Program-made: the position numbers and the translations under genes | NCBI GenBank assembly: GCA_963663165.1 | Contig: OY760175.1 | Coordinates: forward strand, 6,400,001-6,464,000 | From: an uncultured Desulfospira sp. | GTDB lineage: Bacteria; Desulfobacterota; Desulfobacteria; Desulfobacterales; Desulfobacteraceae | Direction: 5' to 3' | Length of the DNA: 64,000 nt | The notes under the pieces: generated by a model | What the model was told of the DNA's origin: nothing | Databases searched by the model: none | Seen by the model: the letters and a program-made list of their open reading frames with translations, nothing else | Part shown: in pieces, positions 59,130-64,000 of the stretch | How positions within the stretch are numbered: the first letter of the stretch is position 1 | How the letters are laid out: each line of letters opens with the position of its first letter

Positions 59130-60833
59130 TTGGCACAAAAAATAAAATTGAAAAGCGAAGCATCATTTGTGGGCCTGGATAACGCGGATATGCGGAACGT
59201 TGTCAAGGCCATGGGCTATTCCGACGATGATCTGACCGCCCAAAGACCGGTTATCGGAATTGCCAACACCTGGAATACCTTTATTCCCGGGCACTTCACC
59301 CTTAACCAGGTCAGTGAACAGGTCAAAAAAGGAATTCACCGGGCCGGCGGGACGATGTTTGAATTCGGCACCATTGGGCTGTGTGATGCCATTACCATGA
59401 GAAACCCCAATTATGTGCTGCCCTCCAGAGAGGTTATTTGCAATTCGGTTGAGATAATGGCCGGGGCCAATCCCATTGACGGGCTGGTGCTGCTGGCATC
59501 CTGCGACAAGATTGTTCCCGGAGTGCTGATGGCGGCGGCAAGGCTCGATATTCCCGCTGTTATGGTCAATGCCGGGCCCATGCTGGGCGGGATTCCCTTT
59601 GCCGGCAGAAAGGCCGATGCCACCTCTGTTTCAGAGGCTTTCGGCATGTATAAAAGCCGGCAGATATCCCTTGAGGAATACAGAACCGTGGAGGATCTCT
59701 CCTGCCCCACCTGCGGTTCGTGCAGTTTTATGGGAACCGCCAATACCATGTGCTGCCTGGCCGAGGCCCTGGGGATGAGCCTGACCGACGGGGCCGCCAT
59801 ACCGGCGGTCTATGCGGATCGGCTGCGGCTGGCCGAACAATCGGGTGAAGCCATCTGCCATCTGGTACAACAGGGCATCACCGCCCGGAATGTCATTACC
59901 CGTCAATCCATGGAAAATGCCATCCGGGTCTGCATGGCCATTGGCGGCTCCACCAATGCTATTTTGCATCTGACAGCCATTGCCTATGAAGCGGAACTTA
60001 AGATGAATGTGCCCGAAGCCTTTGAGCAATTCAACCGGGACACCCCCACACTGGCCAAGGTATACCCGGCCGGCAACCACGATATGGAAGCCTTCTGGCA
60101 GGCCGGCGGCATCCCCCGGGTTGTCGATAACCTGCAATCTATGCTCAACATGGATGTCATGACCTGTACCGGGAAGACCATGAAAGAAAATATCCAGAAC
60201 TTTCAATACCGGTTCCCGGAAAACCCCGAGGTCATTCGCGGCATGGATGATCCCTTTGATACCACCGGGGGGCTTGCTGTCATGCGGGGCAATCTGGCCC
60301 CAAGAACCGGCATCAGCAAACCCACGGCCATTGACCCCGGTGTCCGGCAGTTTACGGGAACCGCCGTTGTCTTTGATTCGGACCATCAGGCAACCCAGGC
60401 CATATTGAATGGCGATATTCAGGCCGGCAGTGTGGTGGTGATCCGGTATGAGGGGCCCAAGGGCGGGCCCGGGATGATGGAAATGTATAAATCACTTAAA
60501 TATCTTCGGGGAATGGGCATGCACAAATCCACCGCCGTCATCACCGACGGCCGGTTTTCCGGAACCAATAACGGCTGTTTTATCGGCCATATCTCCCCGG
60601 AAGCGGCAGAGGGAGGCCCCATCGCCATTGTGGAAAATGGTGATAAAATCAGTATTGATGTGAATCAGGGATCCGTTCACCTGCATCTTACCGATAATGA
60701 GATCGCCCGGCGGCTGCAAAAATGGAAAAAACCGGAACCAAAAATTCAAAAAGGCTACTTAAGCCTTTATGCCCGGCTCGCCTCTTCAGCCGATGAGGGA
60801 GCGGTGATCAAACACCGGAAGGGGGAAGAATGA
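59130..60833 (+). CDS. ilvD: Dihydroxy-acid dehydratase (IlvD/Edd family)
   Basis: RPVIGIANTW, SCDKIVPG, CSFMGTANTM, GGSTNA, YEGPKGGPGM, TDGRFSG; may be a sugar-acid paralog given the neighbour. Confidence 0.88.
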   Translation: MAQKIKLKSEASFVGLDNADMRNVVKAMGYSDDDLTAQRPVIGIANTWNTFIPGHFTLNQVSEQVKKGIHRAGGTMFEFGTIGLCDAITMRNPNYVLPSREVICNSVEIMAGANPIDGLVLLASCDKIVPGVLMAAARLDIPAVMVNAGPMLGGIPFAGRKADATSVSEAFGMYKSRQISLEEYRTVEDLSCPTCGSCSFMGTANTMCCLAEALGMSLTDGAAIPAVYADRLRLAEQSGEAICHLVQQGITARNVITRQSMENAIRVCMAIGGSTNAILHLTAIAYEAELKMNVPEAFEQFNRDTPTLAKVYPAGNHDMEAFWQAGGIPRVVDNLQSMLNMDVMTCTGKTMKENIQNFQYRFPENPEVIRGMDDPFDTTGGLAVMRGNLAPRTGISKPTAIDPGVRQFTGTAVVFDSDHQATQAILNGDIQAGSVVVIRYEGPKGGPGMMEMYKSLKYLRGMGMHKSTAVITDGRFSGTNNGCFIGHISPEAAEGGPIAIVENGDKISIDVNQGSVHLHLTDNEIARRLQKWKKPEPKIQKGYLSLYARLASSADEGAVIKHRKGEE

Positions 60834-61630
60834 AAATCGTCCAAATGAGTACCACCGCCGTATCCCTGCCAATGAATATTCGTTTTTTCTTTGGCAGGGA
60901 AAACCCGTGCATGACACCGGTTATTGTGCAGTTGAAAACCGACGACGGCCTGGAGGGATTCGGTATTGCCTATACCATAAATGATTTTCAGGTCAACTCG
61001 CTTAAAGCCAGTATTGAAGACCTCAAGGAAGTGGTGATGGGCCAGGATATCACCCGTTGGGCCGCCAACTGGAAGGATCTTCATACAGCCCTCAAACATG
61101 CCGGCCAATGGGGCGGTTATGGATTGAATGCCATTGCCGCGATTGATACGGCTTTCTGGGACCTGCGGGCAAAAGCGTTGAACCTGCCCCTGGCCCGCTT
61201 GCTGGGAGGGTTCAAGGATAAAATTCCAGCTTATGCCAGTAACTGGTTATGGGGGTTTTTGAGTATTGATCAGCTGCAGGAAGAAGCCGCCGCCCTGGTC
61301 AAAAAGGGGCATCGGGCCATGAAGATGAAAATGGGGGAAAGGACCACAAGCAGAATGTAAAGCGGTTCAAGGCCATCAGGGAAGCCGTTGGCGATGATAT
61401 CCATATTATGGTTGAAGGCCACTGGTCATGGACGGTATCCGAAGCCATCCGCATGGGGCGGGCCCTTGAACCCTTATAATCCCTATTGGCTTGAAGACCC
61501 TCTCGGGCTTCACCAGGGGGATATCTGCCTGGAGGATACGGCCGCCTTAGCCCAGGTGACCGCCGCGGTCGATGTCCCGGTAGCCGCCGGTGAAACCTTT
61601 TCAACCAAATACGGGTTTCGGCGTATTGTT
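60830..61630 (+). pseudogene. Mandelate racemase/enolase-superfamily gene, frameshifted and truncated
   Basis: AAIDTAFWDLRAK...PLARLLGG, KMK; other frames give AIREAVGDDIHIMVE and YWLEDP...VAAGE; two shifts near 61335 and 61472; C-terminus missing. Confidence 0.75.
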
Positions 61631-61986
61631 TCTGCGGTCTGCTGTTTCCGGTTTCCGATTTTTTTTGCCCATCCGCAGATGGTTTCAAAGTCTGAAAACC
61701 GCCATTTATGGGGGAAATCACGGCATTGCTGTGGCTTGACATCATTAATCTTACAGCCGTTCTCATCCAGAAACAGGCAGGCCCCGTTTTCTTTTTCAAT
61801 CAAAGACAGGGCCTGCCGGTCTTTGGTCAGGATAGTGAAGCGTGACGTAAACTCTAAAATGTCCATTCCCAGATAGGCGGCTATTTTTTCAGCCTCGCCG
61901 GGTTTGAGCCTGACATAGCCGGCCTGCCGGCAGCAGGCATGGCAGCGGATACAGTGAAAATCGGTTAAATCCGTTTGATTATTCAT
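61510..61986 (-). CDS. YkgJ-family cysteine-cluster protein
   Basis: FHCIRCHACC, ACLFLD...CKINDVKPQQCRDFP. Confidence 0.85.
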   Translation of the reverse strand: MNNQTDLTDFHCIRCHACCRQAGYVRLKPGEAEKIAAYLGMDILEFTSRFTILTKDRQALSLIEKENGACLFLDENGCKINDVKPQQCRDFPHKWRFSDFETICGWAKKIGNRKQQTAETIRRNPYLVEKVSPAATGTSTAAVTWAKAAVSSRQISPW

Positions 61987-62046
61987 GGGTGATATAACAT
62001 GGTTCGCGGTTAAAGCAGGGTCCCCCCCCCAGTCCCCCCTTGAGGG

Positions 62047-63081
62047 TTACAAAAACAGGTTCATGTTGGGCCGGTCCAGGGTTTCGGGAGATTGTGAAAA
62101 AATAGTCTCCGTGTTGTGGCGGATACCGGCCATGGTGTCCGCCCGGATCAGCTGCTTAAGTATGGAATGGCCGAATTTAAAATTGGCGCAAAAATAGGGG
62201 GCAAATTTTTTAAACAGTTTGACGGCAAAATGGTCTTCATGATGCCGGGACAACAGGTCTGCCAGCCGCAGGGCGGTCTTGCCGTATATGGACTGGTCAG
62301 GGGCAAGCCCCAGGGTCCACTGGGCAAAAATCCAGGGCCTGGCCACGGCCATCCGGCCAAGGGAAAGCCCCTGGCACCCGGTTTGTTCAAACATTCTGAT
62401 GCCGTCGGCCATGTCAAAGAGGTTCCCGTTGCCGAATACAGGGATGGAAACCGCCTGTTCAACCTGACGGATCAGCGCCCATTTCGGGGGGCGGGTCCGC
62501 CGGTCCGGGGCGGTTCTTGGGTGGTACACCAGGGCATCGGCCCCGGCATCTTCAAACCGGCGGGCCATGTCCCCGGGATTCTGGTCCTGGTTCTCCCATC
62601 CGGCCCGAAACTTTACAAATACCGGGCAGCCTACCGCCGTTCTCACCCCGGCGACAATTTTTCCGGCCAGGGGGGGATCTTTTAACAGTGCCGCACCACA
62701 TCCTTTTTTGCAGATAGCGGCAACCGAACAGCCAAAATTAAGATCCACGCCGAAAAAACCTTCCGCTTCAATCCTTTCGGCGGCCCGTACCATATCCGGT
62801 TCATTGCCGCCGAATATCTGGCATACCGTATGGGACAGCTCTTCAGGCCGCCAGGCAAACACATTGGAAATTTTCGGGTTTTCATGGGGAACGGCCCTGG
62901 CGCTGCACATGCCGGTAAACAATAGCCCGAATCCACCAAATTCACTGACCAGCTGCCTGAAGGCAATGTGGCCGAGCCCGGCCATGGGGGCCAGAAACAG
63001 CCGCTTTGGAACGGATGTTTTCCCGATGGCCAAAGGGGTATTTAAATTTTTGGAAAATGTTGCGGTATCAATACGTTCCAC
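62047..63081 (-). CDS. tRNA-dihydrouridine synthase family protein
   Basis: LAPMAG, DLNFGCS, GAALLK, VKFRAGW, HPRT, GNG. Confidence 0.9.
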   Translation of the reverse strand: MERIDTATFSKNLNTPLAIGKTSVPKRLFLAPMAGLGHIAFRQLVSEFGGFGLLFTGMCSARAVPHENPKISNVFAWRPEELSHTVCQIFGGNEPDMVRAAERIEAEGFFGVDLNFGCSVAAICKKGCGAALLKDPPLAGKIVAGVRTAVGCPVFVKFRAGWENQDQNPGDMARRFEDAGADALVYHPRTAPDRRTRPPKWALIRQVEQAVSIPVFGNGNLFDMADGIRMFEQTGCQGLSLGRMAVARPWIFAQWTLGLAPDQSIYGKTALRLADLLSRHHEDHFAVKLFKKFAPYFCANFKFGHSILKQLIRADTMAGIRHNTETIFSQSPETLDRPNMNLFL

Positions 63082-63408
63082 AGTGCCGGGCCTGTTGTTA
63101 AATTACTGTGGCAACCTACAGCCAAGATAAGGGAATGTCAAGGGCCGCTGAATCGCTGATCCGTGTGACCTCAGGTATCATCCGGATGTTGTCCCTAAAA
63201 ATTCATGGGCAAGATGCCGTATCAATTCCCGGATTTGGTTTCCGGTCTCCTGACCGCTCAACTTGGAAAAAGACTCGACAATTGGCCGGGAATAGTCTTT
63301 AATGCACCGGAAAAAAAATGCTTGAGGGTGATCAGGGCGCTTAAGATGTGAAAACGTAACCCTTCGGTCTTCAGCCTGAACACCTTATTTTATAGAGGGA
63401 GAATAAAA

Positions 63409-64000
63409 TTGGATTTTAATCCGTGCATGAAGCATCAGCTGGTTCGAAAAACCGTGCGCGAGTTTGCGGAAAATGAGATCCGCCCCCATGTGTCGGAACT
63501 GGACAAGGAATCCAGGTTTCCACTGGAGATCATTGAAAAAATGAAGCCCTTGAATTATTTCGGTCTCCAGACCCCCAAAGAATACGGCGGGGCCGGTCTT
63601 GACACCATCAGCTATGCCATTGCCGTGGAGGAAATCTCCCGGGTTTCCGCAGCCATCGGGCTGTGCGTCACCGTTCACAACAGTGTGGGAATTTATCCCA
63701 TCCTCATGTTTGGAACAAAGGAACAAAAACAAAAATTTGTTCCGGCCATGGCGGCCGGGGACCGTATCGGCGCTTTCTGCCTGACCGAGTCCAATGCCGG
63801 GTCTGATGCCGGGGCCGTGGAAACCACGGCCTGTGAAACCGACACCGGGTTTGTCATCAACGGGACCAAGATTTTTGTCACCAACGGCGGGTGTGCGGGA
63901 CGGTCCTGGTCTTTGCCGTTACCAAAGGAGAGCGGGCCTCAGCCAACGTATTTGTGGTGGAAAAGACAAGCCCCGGGTTTCTGGTGGGTGAAATTGAAGA
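63409..64000 (+). CDS. Acyl-CoA dehydrogenase (5' part; apparent frameshifts near window end)
   Basis: TTG start after GAGGGAG; VREFAENEI, EYGGAGLD, FCLTESNAGSD, INGTKIFVTNG. Confidence 0.88.
   Translation, partial: MDFNPCMKHQLVRKTVREFAENEIRPHVSELDKESRFPLEIIEKMKPLNYFGLQTPKEYGGAGLDTISYAIAVEEISRVSAAIGLCVTVHNSVGIYPILMFGTKEQKQKFVPAMAAGDRIGAFCLTESNAGSDAGAVETTACETDTGFVINGTKIFVTNGGCAGRSWSLPLPKESGPQPTYLWWKRQAPGFWWVKLK

Noticed and set aside
59131..59145. TGGCAC as a sigma-54 promoter at ilvD
   Set aside because: Lies on the start codon and lacks a -12 GC element

Overview
64-kb window from what looks like a Desulfobacteraceae-type sulfate reducer (inferred from gene content; not verified). It has four parts. 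(1) A ~24-kb accessory island (~0.5-25.2 kb) bounded by a decayed tyrosine integrase (containing a 152-bp MITE) and by an IS5 remnant plus hicAB. It carries a PAS sigma-54 activator and a long minus-strand gene run: unannotated basic peptide, ABM, B12 radical SAM, two SPFH proteins, ferritin-like GGDEF, FtsH, collapsed Pat acetyltransferase, CMP-kinase-like protein, orphan GroEL, two GT4, two GH130, RelA/SpoT-domain synthetase, transglutaminase-like protein. Two sigma-54 promoters share a near-identical tandem enhancer layout. (2) A selenocysteine formate dehydrogenase operon (alpha with in-frame UGA and SECIS, beta, fdhE), then a Phd/RelE TA pair. (3) A yedF-SBP-histidine kinase-response regulator-MalT/SARP cluster split by a 16.8-kb integrase-less insert. 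The insert is flanked by an 80-bp duplication of the kinase 3' end and carries a WYL regulator, a complete type I-E cas operon (cas6 between cas11 and cas7), a 111-repeat CRISPR array and an IS91-like transposase stub. (4) A TPR protein, IlvD-family dehydratase, enolase-superfamily pseudogene, YkgJ, Dus and the start of an acyl-CoA dehydrogenase. All calls come from motif reading only; no database searches were run.
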